51,055 bases of DNA, from NCBI GenBank assembly GCA_039589315.1, contig JBDHHQ010000071.1:1-51055 (forward strand), in the 5' to 3' direction. This document shows positions 7,896 to 17,643 of the stretch, in pieces. The notes under the pieces are model-generated. The model ran no database searches, was not told the DNA's origin, and was given only the letters and a program-made list of their open reading frames with translations. The translations under genes were made by a program, and so were the position numbers. The stretch's first letter is position 1. The number at the start of each line of letters is the position of its first letter. Origin of the DNA: Gemmatimonadota bacterium. GTDB taxonomy: Bacteria; Gemmatimonadota; Gemmatimonadetes; Longimicrobiales; Gaopeijiaceae.

Positions 7896-10196
7896 ATGAA
7901 ATCGCTCTTCGACCGCCTGAAGGAGCGGAAGCTCGTCCAGTGGGCGCTGGCCTACCTGGCCGGCGCCTTCGTCGTGGTCCAGCTCATGGACGCGCTGGAG
8001 AGCGCCCTGGGCCTGACGCCCACGGTCCAGCAGGCGATCCTTCTCTTCCTCGTGATCGGCTTCCCCATCACCCTCATCCTGGCGTGGTACCACGGCGAGC
8101 AGGGCCGCCAGCGGGTGAGTTGGCCCGAGGCGCTCATGATCGGAGGGCTGCTGGCGACGGGTGGGATCGCGGTCGCCCTCCTCGGGCGCGGCGACACCGG
8201 GGGACCCTTGGGCGGACCCGACGCTGGCGCGGAAGCGGTCGCAATCGACCCGGGCCGGGTCGTGCTGCTCCCGTTCCGCGTCGCGTCCGCCGACCCCGAT
8301 CTGCAGACCTTGCGTGAGGGCATGCTCGATCTGCTCTCGCCCCTGCTCTCGGACGCGCCGCGCATGGTGGACGCGAGCACGACCTTGGCGGCGTGGCGGG
8401 CGCAGGTGACGTCCGAAGATCAAGACCTCGGGGAGGCGGAAGCGGTCGGGCTCGCTCGCCGCCTGGGCGCCGGCCGGGTGGTGCTGGGGTCCGTGGTGGG
8501 TGCCGAGAACGAGTTCGCGGTCACCGCCCGACTCCTCAGCACATCGGACGGAGCCGCCATCGGCGACGTGACGGCCGAGGGCCCCGCGGCCCGCCCGTGG
8601 TCGGTGGCGACGCAGGTCGCGAGCCAGATCATGGGTCTGGAGGCTGGAGAGCAGCAGGCCCGCATGGACTACCTCGAGGACGTGCCCGTGGAGGCCGTGA
8701 GGGCGTACCTGCGGGGGAGGCGGCAGTATCGGCGTACGGTTTTGAGTGAAGCCCGCGCGCACTTCGTGCGTGCCCTCGACATCGACAGCACGTTCGCGCT
8801 GGCCTCCCTCGGGGGGCGGATCGCGGCGGATGTCGGCTGGTACGCAGGCAAGGCCGAGATCGAGAATCGCATGAGCCGCCTCCTGAGGGCCTACAAAGAC
8901 CGACTGCCCCCGGACGACCGCGCGCTCGCCGACTTTCTGCTGCAGCACAGGGCCTGGGTCGTCACCGAACAGGTCGCGGCTGCTGCAAGCCTGACGGAGG
9001 CGTACCCGGACAAGCCCGATACCTGGTACTGGCTGGGTCAGCGCCTCATCCACTCGTCGACGATGGTCGCCGACACCGACCACCTCGAGCGGGCGGAGGC
9101 CGCCTTTCGGAGAGGGCTGTCCCTGGATCCGGGCAACAGCATGTTCGACGGCTACCTCACCCTGATCCAGGGTCTGCGTGTCGATACCGCGGGGTTCCTG
9201 GCAGGCGCGTCGGAGGGTCTCGGAAATCGTGAGGACCCCGGGTCCAACGCGTTCTTCCGGAGTCTGATGGCGTACGAGTTCGGTGACACGACGCAGCAAG
9301 CGTGGTTTCGAGCTTCGCTCGACACGCTCCCCTTCAACGACGTCTTCTCGATGACGGTCGGCGGGTGGGGGATCCCCGCCGACATCGACGACGCGGACAT
9401 GGACCATTGGCTGGACGCCCTGTGGACGTCGGCCGTGACGCCCCAAGAGCGGAGCATGGCGGCAGGCATGCGATACCGCGCGTTCCGTTCGCTGGGCCGC
9501 ACCGCGGAGGCGGAAGCGGAACAGCGCAGAAGGGTCGAGCTCGCCAGCTTACCCGCCCTCGGCTGGCTGATGGACCCCCTGTACTGGGATGGAGCGGAGG
9601 AGGAGGGAGCGGCCTGGGTGGCCAGGCTGAGAGAGGAGTTCCGAGACCCCTCGGCGCCGATCGGACTGAGGGACTGGATCGTCGTGTGCCTCTGGCAGAT
9701 CTGGGAGATACGGCACGGGGACACCAGCCGAGTCGAGTGGGCGATCCGCCGGCTGAGAGAGGAGGCACTCGACTCGGATCCGCGGACCCAGTGGGAGCTC
9801 TGCCCTCTCGCCCTGGAGACCATGCTGGCCCACGCGCGCCACACCGAGGACGAGGACTCGCTGGTGGCGGAGCTCGCGCGTGCTGCGGGCCAGGGGGTCT
9901 TCGGGTTCGGAGAAGCCGTGAACCTGGAGCTCGCCCGGATCCTCGAAGCCAGGGGCGACCTGCGGGGCGCAGCCCGCGTCGCGTTCCGCCCAAGCGGCTT
10001 CTACACGTGGCCGAACTTCTTCTCCACCATGGTGCACGAGGCCGCGCGCCTCCATGACGCCGCCGGCGAGGTCGAGGAGGCGCTCCCCCTCTACCGTTGG
10101 TACCTGCTGCTCAGGAAGCGGCCGGATCCCCACCTGCAACCCGAGGCCGACCGCATCCGGGCCAGGGTGGCCGAGCTGGAGGCGACGTCCAGGTGA
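7896..10196 (+). CDS. Membrane-anchored TolB-like/TPR protein (three N-terminal TM helices)
   Basis: N-terminus LKERKLVQWALAYLAGAF...GFPITLILAWYHGEQGRQRV, a TolB-like domain (RVVLLPFRV...VLGSV), EAVRAYLRG..ALDIDSTFALA and a helical TPR C-terminus. Confidence 0.85.
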   Translation: MKSLFDRLKERKLVQWALAYLAGAFVVVQLMDALESALGLTPTVQQAILLFLVIGFPITLILAWYHGEQGRQRVSWPEALMIGGLLATGGIAVALLGRGDTGGPLGGPDAGAEAVAIDPGRVVLLPFRVASADPDLQTLREGMLDLLSPLLSDAPRMVDASTTLAAWRAQVTSEDQDLGEAEAVGLARRLGAGRVVLGSVVGAENEFAVTARLLSTSDGAAIGDVTAEGPAARPWSVATQVASQIMGLEAGEQQARMDYLEDVPVEAVRAYLRGRRQYRRTVLSEARAHFVRALDIDSTFALASLGGRIAADVGWYAGKAEIENRMSRLLRAYKDRLPPDDRALADFLLQHRAWVVTEQVAAAASLTEAYPDKPDTWYWLGQRLIHSSTMVADTDHLERAEAAFRRGLSLDPGNSMFDGYLTLIQGLRVDTAGFLAGASEGLGNREDPGSNAFFRSLMAYEFGDTTQQAWFRASLDTLPFNDVFSMTVGGWGIPADIDDADMDHWLDALWTSAVTPQERSMAAGMRYRAFRSLGRTAEAEAEQRRRVELASLPALGWLMDPLYWDGAEEEGAAWVARLREEFRDPSAPIGLRDWIVVCLWQIWEIRHGDTSRVEWAIRRLREEALDSDPRTQWELCPLALETMLAHARHTEDEDSLVAELARAAGQGVFGFGEAVNLELARILEARGDLRGAARVAFRPSGFYTWPNFFSTMVHEAARLHDAAGEVEEALPLYRWYLLLRKRPDPHLQPEADRIRARVAELEATSR

Positions 10197-10212
10197 TTCC
10201 GGCGAGCTGTAG

Positions 10213-12242
10213 ATGTCCCGCCTAGGCGCCACCCTCCACCGGCTTCTTCAAGAGCTGAAGCGGCGCCGGGTCTTCCGGGTCGCCGCCATCTACGCCGGCG
10301 CCGGCTTCGTATTCCTTGAGGCCGTCTCGCTGCTGGCGCCGGTCCTGCTGCTACCCGAGGGCGTCTACCGAGGGCTCGGCATCGTCGTCCTCCTGGGCTT
10401 CCCCATAGCCATCACTGCCGCATGGTTCTTCGACCTCACGCCCGAGGGGGTCCGCCGGACCGAGCCGTTGAGTGAGCGGAAGGCGCGGTGGCCGCGGCGT
10501 TCGCCCTGGTGCTGGTGGGCGCCCTGGCCATCGGCGGCTGGCGGATGCTGCGGCCGGGAGCGGGGCCTGGCGCGGATGCGGGCACGGGCGCAACGGCCGC
10601 CGTCGCGGTCCTGCCGTGGGCCAACCTGAGCCCCAACCCGGCAGATACGTACCTCGCGCTCGGCCTCCACGACGAGCTCCTGACCCAACTCTACAAGATC
10701 GGGGGACTCCGGGTGCCCTCCCGGACCACGATGCTCAGGTACCGGGATACCGAGAAGGACCTGCCCACGATCGCCGCCGAGCTCCAGTCCCCGTACGTCC
10801 TCGCGGGTACCGTCGAGCCCCGGGGGGACCGGGTGCGCATGCGGGTCCAGCTCGTCGATGCGGCGACCGACACGCCGCTCTGGGCCGAGAGCTACGACCG
10901 TCCCATGGAAGACCTCCACGCCATCGAGGAGGACATCGCGCGGCGGATCGCGTCGGAGCTCAGGGTGCGCCTGCTCCCCGAGGAAAGCGCCCGGATCGCC
11001 GCGCGTCCCACGGAGAGCGTCGAGGCGTACGACCTGTACCTGAGGGGCAAGGCCGGCGGGCCGCTGGGGTCGGGAGGTGGGGATCGCGCCGAACGATGGC
11101 GCAGCGCCGTCGACAACCTCAGGAGGGCAACCGAGGTCGATCCGGCCTTCGCAGAGGCGTTCGCCCTATTGGGAACTACCTACCTGCGTGGCTACTGGTG
11201 GAGCCTCGCGGACCACGCCGAGAGCATTCGCCTGGGAATCGAGGCGATCGAGCGCGCCGCCGAGCTCGATCCGGACGGTGCCGAGACCTTGCTGGCCCAG
11301 GCCACTCGCTATCTCTGGGTGGAGCGCGACTACGAAGCGGTGATCGAGCGGGTGCAGAGGGTCCGGGAGATCGCCCCCGGCGAAGATCGCAGCCTGGTGT
11401 GGCTCTTCGCAGCCCAGCGACGACTCGGACGCCTGGATGAGGCCATCGAGACCCTGCGGGAGCGGATCGAACGCGACCCCTCATCTCCGGCCCTCCTATC
11501 TGAGCTCGCTGCGACATACCTCGGGATGCGACGGTTCGCAGATGCCCAGCGCGTGGGTGAGCGGCGCCGTGAGCTGGTTGAGGAGGGCCCCGGAGCGGAC
11601 ATCCAGCGGTGGTGGGAGTCCTTCATCGCCACGGGCGACACGGCCGACTTCCGCACCCGACGCGACGAGCTCCACGCGGCCTACCCGTTCATGGAGTCCC
11701 TCGCGGGACTCCCCGGTTTCTTCGAGCACTTCTGGTTGCGTGAGTATGAAGCTGCCGTCGCTGCGCTGGACCGCGTCGAAGAAGAGCTCATCTACCAGCA
11801 GACCGGCCCTCGCCCCAAAGCGCTCTGGTCGCTGCTCGCGTATCGGGCCATGGGTGACCTCGAGTCCGCCCGCGCTCAAGCCGGGATTGCCCTCGCGCTC
11901 CTCGACGAGCACGAAGGTGAGATGCTGCCGGAAGTGCGGCACCGAGACCGCGCCCGGGCCATGGCGGTCCTGGGCCATCGCGAGGAAGCACTGAGCGAGG
12001 CCCGACAGGCGGTGGAGATCGGCTTGCCCGATCGGTGGTTCGGGCCCACGTACCGGGAGAGCCTGATGCACGTCCACATCATCCTGGGTGACGTGGACGA
12101 GGCGATCGACCACCTGGAGGCCCTCTTGGAGATGGAGTACTTCCAGAGCGTCACGAGGCACTGGGTGCGGATGGATCCACGGTTCGATCCGCTCCGAGAC
12201 AATCCGCGCCTCGAAGGGCTCCTCGGTGGGGAGTCTGGGTAA
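10213..12242 (+). pseudogene. Frameshifted TolB-like/TPR membrane protein (or intact gene with a sequencing error)
   Basis: ORF 10213..10629 carries ELKRRRVFRVAAIY..GFPIAITAAWFFDLTPEGVRRT. ORF 10488..12242 carries TM3, VAVLPWANLS, LWAESYDR, EAYDLYLRG, TPRs and DPRFDPLRDNPR. One extra G at CGG|TGG (~10487) would join them into 676 aa. Confidence 0.85.
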
Positions 12243-12581
12243 GGCCCGACTCTTGCTCCGGTGGCGGCGAGTCCTGATCGACCCTCAGGCTTCCCGGCCT
12301 CGCTCAACCGGTCTCGAGAATCGGGTCGGCGGGAGGCCTAATGCATGCGGCGTCAACCTCATGTTGGCCGGGTGACCCGGTCGATCCGGGTGGATTGGAC
12401 AAGCCCTTAGCAAGACGCCTACTACGCTCTCTCTGCCTCCAATCAGACGTACCGTGAGCGGTCGTTGTGCCGCCTGGGGCAGCCGCCGTTGCGGTGCCCT
12501 GGCCCACGCTTGCTGGACCGTCGCGCCCCACCTATCGTGCCTGTCCGGCCCGCCTCAGTGTGACCTGACAGGAGGTGTCCA

Positions 12582-12872
12582 ATGCATGCGGTTGTACGGC
12601 GCTACACGGGAGTCTCGAGCCTGATCGACCAGATGTCGCAGAGACAGGGCGAGGTGAAGGAGCTCATCGCCGAGGTGCCAGGGTTCAACGCGTACTACGC
12701 GGTGCGCGACGGCGACGCGCTTACCACCATCACCGTCTGCGACGATAGCACGGGTACACAGAGGTCCACGGGCCTCGCCGCCCAATGGGTCCGGGACAAC
12801 CTCCCCGATCTGACGGCGAGCGCGCCGGAGGTCAGCGAAGGCGACGTGTTCCTTACGATCACCAAGCACTGA
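12582..12872 (+). CDS. Small dimeric alpha+beta barrel (ABM-like) protein
   Basis: 96 aa with MHAVVRRY...VPGFNAYY...AAQWVRDNL...PEVSEGDV. Strong AGGAGG SD. Confidence 0.8.
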   Translation: MHAVVRRYTGVSSLIDQMSQRQGEVKELIAEVPGFNAYYAVRDGDALTTITVCDDSTGTQRSTGLAAQWVRDNLPDLTASAPEVSEGDVFLTITKH

Positions 12873-12886
12873 TCGTGCGCAGGGTC

Positions 12887-12917
12887 CGGGCGGCTCGACT
12901 TCAGTCTGGGCCGCCCG
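12887..12917 (+). terminator. GC-rich hairpin, possible intrinsic terminator
   Basis: CGGGCGGCTC...GGGCCGCCCG stem 14 bp after the stop codon, followed by only a weak T tract (TTCT). Confidence 0.45.
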
Positions 12918-13059
12918 TTCTCCGCCGCCTGATTACAACGCTCGACGTGTCCCGCTCGGCCCTCTTCCGCGCGACCCGTTCGCAAGGCGCAAAGCGATTC
13001 GGACGGGCCCCCGTCGTCCTCCGCGGACAGATCCTCTAGCGCCACGGCGGCGGCCCACA

Positions 13060-13821
13060 GTGCTCGTCGAGGTCGTCCTGGACGAAGCCGCCATGAGCCG
13101 GCGCGGAGCGGACATCGTCGCGGCGCAGCTTCGCGAGAAGCCGGACAGCGTGATCGGGCTCGCCACGGGCAGCACGCCGCTCGGCGTCTACCGCCGGCTG
13201 ATCGAGATGCACCGGGATCAGGGGTTGGACTTCTCGACGGTCACGACGTTCAACCTCGACGAATACGTCGGCCTACCGCCGGATCACGAGCAGAGCTACT
13301 ACACCTTCATGTGGGCGAACTTGTTCGACCACATCAATGTCGAACCGAGTCGGGTCCACATCCCGCAGGGGACGGTCGACGATCTGGACGCGTTCTGCGT
13401 CTGGTACGAGAGGCAGATCGCGCGAGCCGGAGGGCTCGACCTCCAGATCCTGGGCATCGGCGCCAACGGTCATCTGGCCTTCAACGAGCCCGGCTCTTCA
13501 CTCGGATCGAGAACGCGCGTCAAGCAGCTCACCGAGAAGACCATCCACGACAACGCCCGCTTCTTCGACGATCCGAGCCACGTTCCGAGATTCGCCATCA
13601 CGATGGGGATCGGGACGATCATGGGCGCGCGGAAGCTGTTGCTTCTGGCGAATGGCGCGGGCAAGGCCGAAGCGATCAGGGCCACCCTCGAGGGCCCAGT
13701 CACCGCAATGGTGCCTGCAACGATCGTACAACTACACCCACACGCGCACATCATCGTCGACGAGGCGGCCGCTTCCAAGCTGGAATACCGCCATCATCAC
13801 GGGCTTTCCGAGCCGCGCTAG
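13060..13821 (+). CDS. nagB: Glucosamine-6-phosphate deaminase
   Basis: GLATGSTP, TFNLDEYVGL, LQILGIGANGHLAFNEPGSS, AITMGIGTIM. Confidence 0.97.
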   Translation: MLVEVVLDEAAMSRRGADIVAAQLREKPDSVIGLATGSTPLGVYRRLIEMHRDQGLDFSTVTTFNLDEYVGLPPDHEQSYYTFMWANLFDHINVEPSRVHIPQGTVDDLDAFCVWYERQIARAGGLDLQILGIGANGHLAFNEPGSSLGSRTRVKQLTEKTIHDNARFFDDPSHVPRFAITMGIGTIMGARKLLLLANGAGKAEAIRATLEGPVTAMVPATIVQLHPHAHIIVDEAAASKLEYRHHHGLSEPR

Positions 13822-13979
13822 AGCGGGCGGTCCCGTCGGTGGCTCGCACGCCAAGACGACGCCGAGAATCTCCCCGATCGAGGACGAGAGGGAGCCGGAC
13901 CGGCGGGGCGTGGGCATGGTTGCGGCACCCCCCGACCGGCGCGGCCCCTCTCCCTTCTCTCGTCGTCCCTCGAGGACGC

Positions 13980-14804
13980 CTAGGCTGACGGGAATCCCGA
14001 GAAGACGAACTCGTACGCCGAGGCCGATTCGTCATACACCGCCTCGAAGCGGGTCGGCAGCACGACTCCTGGTCCGCTCCCAGAATAGGCCGGGAAGTCC
14101 AGCGGGAAGGTCTGCCGCTGAAGAAGTAGTTCCTGAGTGATCATGGGCTCGAAGAAGATCGGCTCCTCTTCGTAATACCCCACTACCATCGTGCCTTCGA
14201 ACGGCTCGTCACTCTCCAGCTCAGCCTTGAGAAGCGCATGCATGCCCATCTGAGGAACGCACAGTCCGATCAGGGTGCCCACCTCCGGGATCTCCACGTC
14301 CGGCAGGTCGTAGCCGGCAGGCAACTCAGCCGGTTTGTTCAGCGATGCACAGTCGATGGCGTCCGTCTCGGCCTGGGAGATGGTGTAGAAGTGGAAGTCG
14401 AAGTGGGGTACCAGGTACGGGCCGGGCGGATGGCCGTGGGCTTCCCAGTACAGCTTCAGGTGGTGGACGCCCATGCGCTCCCGGACCACGTCGGGCATCA
14501 CGAGGGCGGCTGTCAACACCGGTGGCCATGCCATCTCCAGGTCCAGAGGAGCGTTTTCGATGGCCGCCATTGGGACTGTGGCGCCGAACTCTACGATCCG
14601 GTCACCGTCGACCTTGGCCCACGTGCAAACGTCGGCCCCGTACACGTCTCCACATGACCCCTGGACGACCGAAGCGGCTTGGGCATCCGCGGGAGGAGTA
14701 TCGCCGGGAGGATCGTCCGCAGGGGGCGCGTCGGCACAGGAGCTGATCAGTGCCACCCCAGAAAGCAGGAGAGCGAGGCGGTGGAGCAACGTCGTGAGTC
14801 TCAC
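13980..14804 (-). CDS. DUF5602/TTHB210-like lipoprotein
   Basis: Lipobox LISSC; WEAHGHPPGPYLVPHFDFHFY, VPQMGMH, GYY...FFEPMIT. Confidence 0.8.
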   Translation of the reverse strand: MRLTTLLHRLALLLSGVALISSCADAPPADDPPGDTPPADAQAASVVQGSCGDVYGADVCTWAKVDGDRIVEFGATVPMAAIENAPLDLEMAWPPVLTAALVMPDVVRERMGVHHLKLYWEAHGHPPGPYLVPHFDFHFYTISQAETDAIDCASLNKPAELPAGYDLPDVEIPEVGTLIGLCVPQMGMHALLKAELESDEPFEGTMVVGYYEEEPIFFEPMITQELLLQRQTFPLDFPAYSGSGPGVVLPTRFEAVYDESASAYEFVFSGFPSA

Positions 14805-15000
14805 GGAAACCTCCCTGGACGGGTAGAGGAACCGAGCACACGGGCCGTGCGGAAGTGCAGCGATCGCGCGCCGTGCCCTAACCTGTTACCAAGACAGAGC
14901 GTCGGGCAAGGAGACACGTTACGAAGATGCACGGCCGAGGCCGGTGGGTGGGGGCGAAGAGAAGATGGGCCTCGCCCTCGAGGGCTCAGCGATGCCGACG

Positions 15001-15435
15001 CTATTCGACGGCTGATTCGAGACGCAATCGCGCGGTAGTCTCGCCGGTCTCCTCGTCGACGTGCTTCCCTACCACCTCGAACCCGTAGTGGGCGTAGAAG
15101 GCCGTGCCGATCGCGTTGCGCTCGAAGACGTCCAGCTCGAGCGTGCCCCGCAAGTTGCGTGCGTGATCCATCAAGGCACGGCCCACGCCGCGGCGCTGCG
15201 CTCCCGCATCGACGAACAACCCTCCGACCTCGTGGCCCAGCAGTGAGACGAACCCGATCACTCGGCCGTCCTCTTCCCACACCCATGTTTCGGCCGAAGG
15301 AAGGTAGGTGTTCCTGATTCTCTCACGCTCGACGTGGAAGAAGCCCTCGTCCAGGAAGTGGTGGGCCAGTCTGGACGCCGACTCCCATGCCTCCAGGACC
15401 TGGTCGACGTCGCGTTCCTGGTATCGCCGGATCAT
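15001..15435 (-). CDS. GNAT family N-acetyltransferase (YjaB/YiaC-like)
   Basis: MIRRYQERD..AHHFL, GGLFVD, acetyl-CoA motif QRRGVGRAL, LELDVFERN..FYAHYGF. Start placed at ATG 15435, 7 bp after the upstream gene's stop. Confidence 0.92.
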   Translation of the reverse strand: MIRRYQERDVDQVLEAWESASRLAHHFLDEGFFHVERERIRNTYLPSAETWVWEEDGRVIGFVSLLGHEVGGLFVDAGAQRRGVGRALMDHARNLRGTLELDVFERNAIGTAFYAHYGFEVVGKHVDEETGETTARLRLESAVE

Positions 15436-15442
15436 GTGACAG

Positions 15443-17149
15443 CTAATACCAAAGCACCGCCCCCGACGGCAACCCGGCCTGATCCCGATCGGCCCCACCC
15501 AGCACCAGGACGTGTCCCACGCCCGACCGGTCGACGAAGGCGACCAGCGCCTGATTGTACAAAGACCGGCCGATCTCGACGTCGATGGTCTCAGAGCCCG
15601 TGGCGCCCTGCCACGACTTCAGCGTTCCGTCTGCGTTGATGGAGGCGAAGGTGTTCTCGCTGGATCCCGGCTGCCCGTTGTAGACGCCCGAGGTGACGAA
15701 GAGGGCGCCGCCCGCGAACACGGCGTCGTGCTTGCTCCGGGCCTTCCCCATGGACTCGGTGGCCGTCCATCCCGTCGAGTCCAGGTCCCGGGTCCGGAGG
15801 TCGATCCGGGCCATGAGCACCTCCGACGTCTCCGTCCCCGACCGCGTGGCGGTCATGGGATCGAGCGTACCCGTGTCCCCGCCGACCGTGTAGAGGAACG
15901 GCCCGAACGAAACCAGCGGCGCCGAGGCGGCGCCCTGGGGCAGTGAAGCCGTCTGGGACCATTCACCCAGGGTGCCGTCTTCCTGGATCTGCGCCCGGTA
16001 GGCAGCGCCCAACGCCTGGCCCGAAGCGTTGGCACCGCCCACCAGCCAGAGGTACCCGCCGAACACGGTGGCACTGGTCGAGTACATCGGCGCCGGCAGC
16101 GGCGTCACGCTCTCCCATGCCGACGCGGAACCGTCGAGCCCCAGCTCACTCATCCATACCGTGGCCGACGCTGCGCCATCCGCGTCGAGCCCGCCCAGCA
16201 GATACAGGAACCCACCGGTCGTGGCCGTGTCCACCGGCGCATTCAGGGGGGTGGCAGCCACCAGGCGATGGTGTGCCCGCGCTTCGGGGAGCTCGGCCTG
16301 GCTCCCCCACCCTCCGGCCAGGGCTCCGGACTGCTCCACCTCGGCTCTCAAAACCGAGGCGACGGGGGCGCCATCCGAGTCCATGCCGCCGGCAACGTAG
16401 ACGTAGTTGGCGGGGCTCGCGCCGTCCTCGACGGCTACGAACGCTGCATCCAGTGCGTGCAGAGCCTCGGGCAGAGCAGTGGTCTGGGTCCAGTTGATGT
16501 TGCTTGGACTGAAGAGTCCGCTCTGGATCACCCGGAACTCGACGGCGTTGCTGACCCCCGTCGGTGTCTCGAGCCAGACCCTGGTCGTATCGGGAATCTC
16601 CTGCGGCACCTCCGTGACCACGAAGCGGTCGGTCCAGTCTCGCACGGTGTCCGCCACGGGCGCGGCAATGGGCGCACCGCCGACTCCCTCGAAGTAGACC
16701 TTGGCCTGGCTCAAGCCCAGGCTGTCGCTGAACGCGCCCCCCTCGAGGATCAGCGTCATGCCCCGGAGTCCCTCGGGCCGGGTAGCGCCGTTGACGCTTC
16801 GGACCGTCGGCGGCACGGCCGTGAACGTGAGTCCGGCCGTGTCCGGGCTCACCCCCTCGTTCAGCACCTCGACCGGGTAGGTCTGGCCGGCGGCGAGACC
16901 GGACGGCGCCATTGCGAACAGTACCCCGCCCTGCTGCAGCACCCGAGGTGACTCGTAGTCGCCGAAGCGAACGGTCACCTGCGGGGTGAAGCCCGACCCC
17001 TCGATCCTGACCTCGGTACCTACCGTACCGGTGACGGGCTCGATGGACTGAACGGAGGGGGGGTCGACCTGCGGGCCGGTCCCGTCATCTCCGCACGCAG
17101 TAACCGTCGAGAGCGCCAGGAGGTATGCGATCGTTCGTACTCTGGGCAT
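15443..17149 (-). CDS. Lipoprotein with IPT/TIG domains and a Kelch-type beta-propeller
   Basis: Lipobox VTAC; PSVQSIEPVTGTVGTEVRIEGSGF (IPT); repeated YVAGG, YLLGG, WLVGG, YTVGG and W...LP motifs (Kelch). Confidence 0.85.
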   Translation of the reverse strand: MPRVRTIAYLLALSTVTACGDDGTGPQVDPPSVQSIEPVTGTVGTEVRIEGSGFTPQVTVRFGDYESPRVLQQGGVLFAMAPSGLAAGQTYPVEVLNEGVSPDTAGLTFTAVPPTVRSVNGATRPEGLRGMTLILEGGAFSDSLGLSQAKVYFEGVGGAPIAAPVADTVRDWTDRFVVTEVPQEIPDTTRVWLETPTGVSNAVEFRVIQSGLFSPSNINWTQTTALPEALHALDAAFVAVEDGASPANYVYVAGGMDSDGAPVASVLRAEVEQSGALAGGWGSQAELPEARAHHRLVAATPLNAPVDTATTGGFLYLLGGLDADGAASATVWMSELGLDGSASAWESVTPLPAPMYSTSATVFGGYLWLVGGANASGQALGAAYRAQIQEDGTLGEWSQTASLPQGAASAPLVSFGPFLYTVGGDTGTLDPMTATRSGTETSEVLMARIDLRTRDLDSTGWTATESMGKARSKHDAVFAGGALFVTSGVYNGQPGSSENTFASINADGTLKSWQGATGSETIDVEIGRSLYNQALVAFVDRSGVGHVLVLGGADRDQAGLPSGAVLWY

Positions 17150-17243
17150 GGGGCGGGTCCTCCGTGAGCTAGGTCCGACTGCTGTCCCAGGTGTCGTCAG
17201 AATCCCGACTCAGGGTTAGTGGATCAGGGTCCCGACCCACCCC

Positions 17244-17290
17244 TTGCCGATTTAGGCATCACGGCTCATATTACCTAAACCAGCTAGGTA
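17244..17290 (+). promoter_or_regulatory. Sigma70-like promoter with a palindromic operator upstream of padR
   Basis: TTGCCG(17244-49)-N17-CATATT(17267-72), then the inverted repeat TACCTA-N7-TAGGTA (17272-17290), then AGGAGG SD. Confidence 0.65.
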
Positions 17291-17306
17291 TACCACAGGA
17301 GGCATC

Positions 17307-17639
17307 ATGGGCGGAAGCGACCTCTTCACCGGAACCCTGGAGCTCCTGATCCTCAGGACTGTCCAGGAGACGCCGCTCCACGGCTATGCCATCGGCAAGC
17401 AGATCCGGGAGACCACGAGCGGTGTCCTGGACCTCGAGGAGGGTGCGCTCTACCCCGCCCTTCACCGCCTCCGCAAGAAGGGCTGGCTGGAATCCGAATG
17501 GCGGAAGACCACGACGGGCCGGCGGGCCAAGTTCTACGGACTGACGGCCGAAGGAGCCCGACGCCTGGAAGACGAGTCGGAACGGTGGGCAGCCTTCACC
17601 GGGGCGGTCCAGGCCGTGCTGGGGCGAAGCGGGGGTTGA
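17307..17639 (+). CDS. PadR family transcriptional regulator (acidobacterial type)
   Basis: GTLELLILRT, LHGYAIG, EEGALYPALHRL, RRAKFYGLT. Confidence 0.95.
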   Translation: MGGSDLFTGTLELLILRTVQETPLHGYAIGKQIRETTSGVLDLEEGALYPALHRLRKKGWLESEWRKTTTGRRAKFYGLTAEGARRLEDESERWAAFTGAVQAVLGRSGG

Positions 17640-17643
17640 GCCC

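Noticed and set aside
3433..9446. Long minus-strand ORFs (711, 566 and 532 aa) and similar overlapping ORFs throughout the window
   Set aside because: Antisense or alternate-frame shadows expected in GC-rich DNA; they overlap well-supported genes.
12243..15000. Integron cassette array suggested by short unrelated genes
   Set aside because: No attC-like RYYYAAC...GTTRRRY repeats and no integrase seen; gene orientations are mixed.
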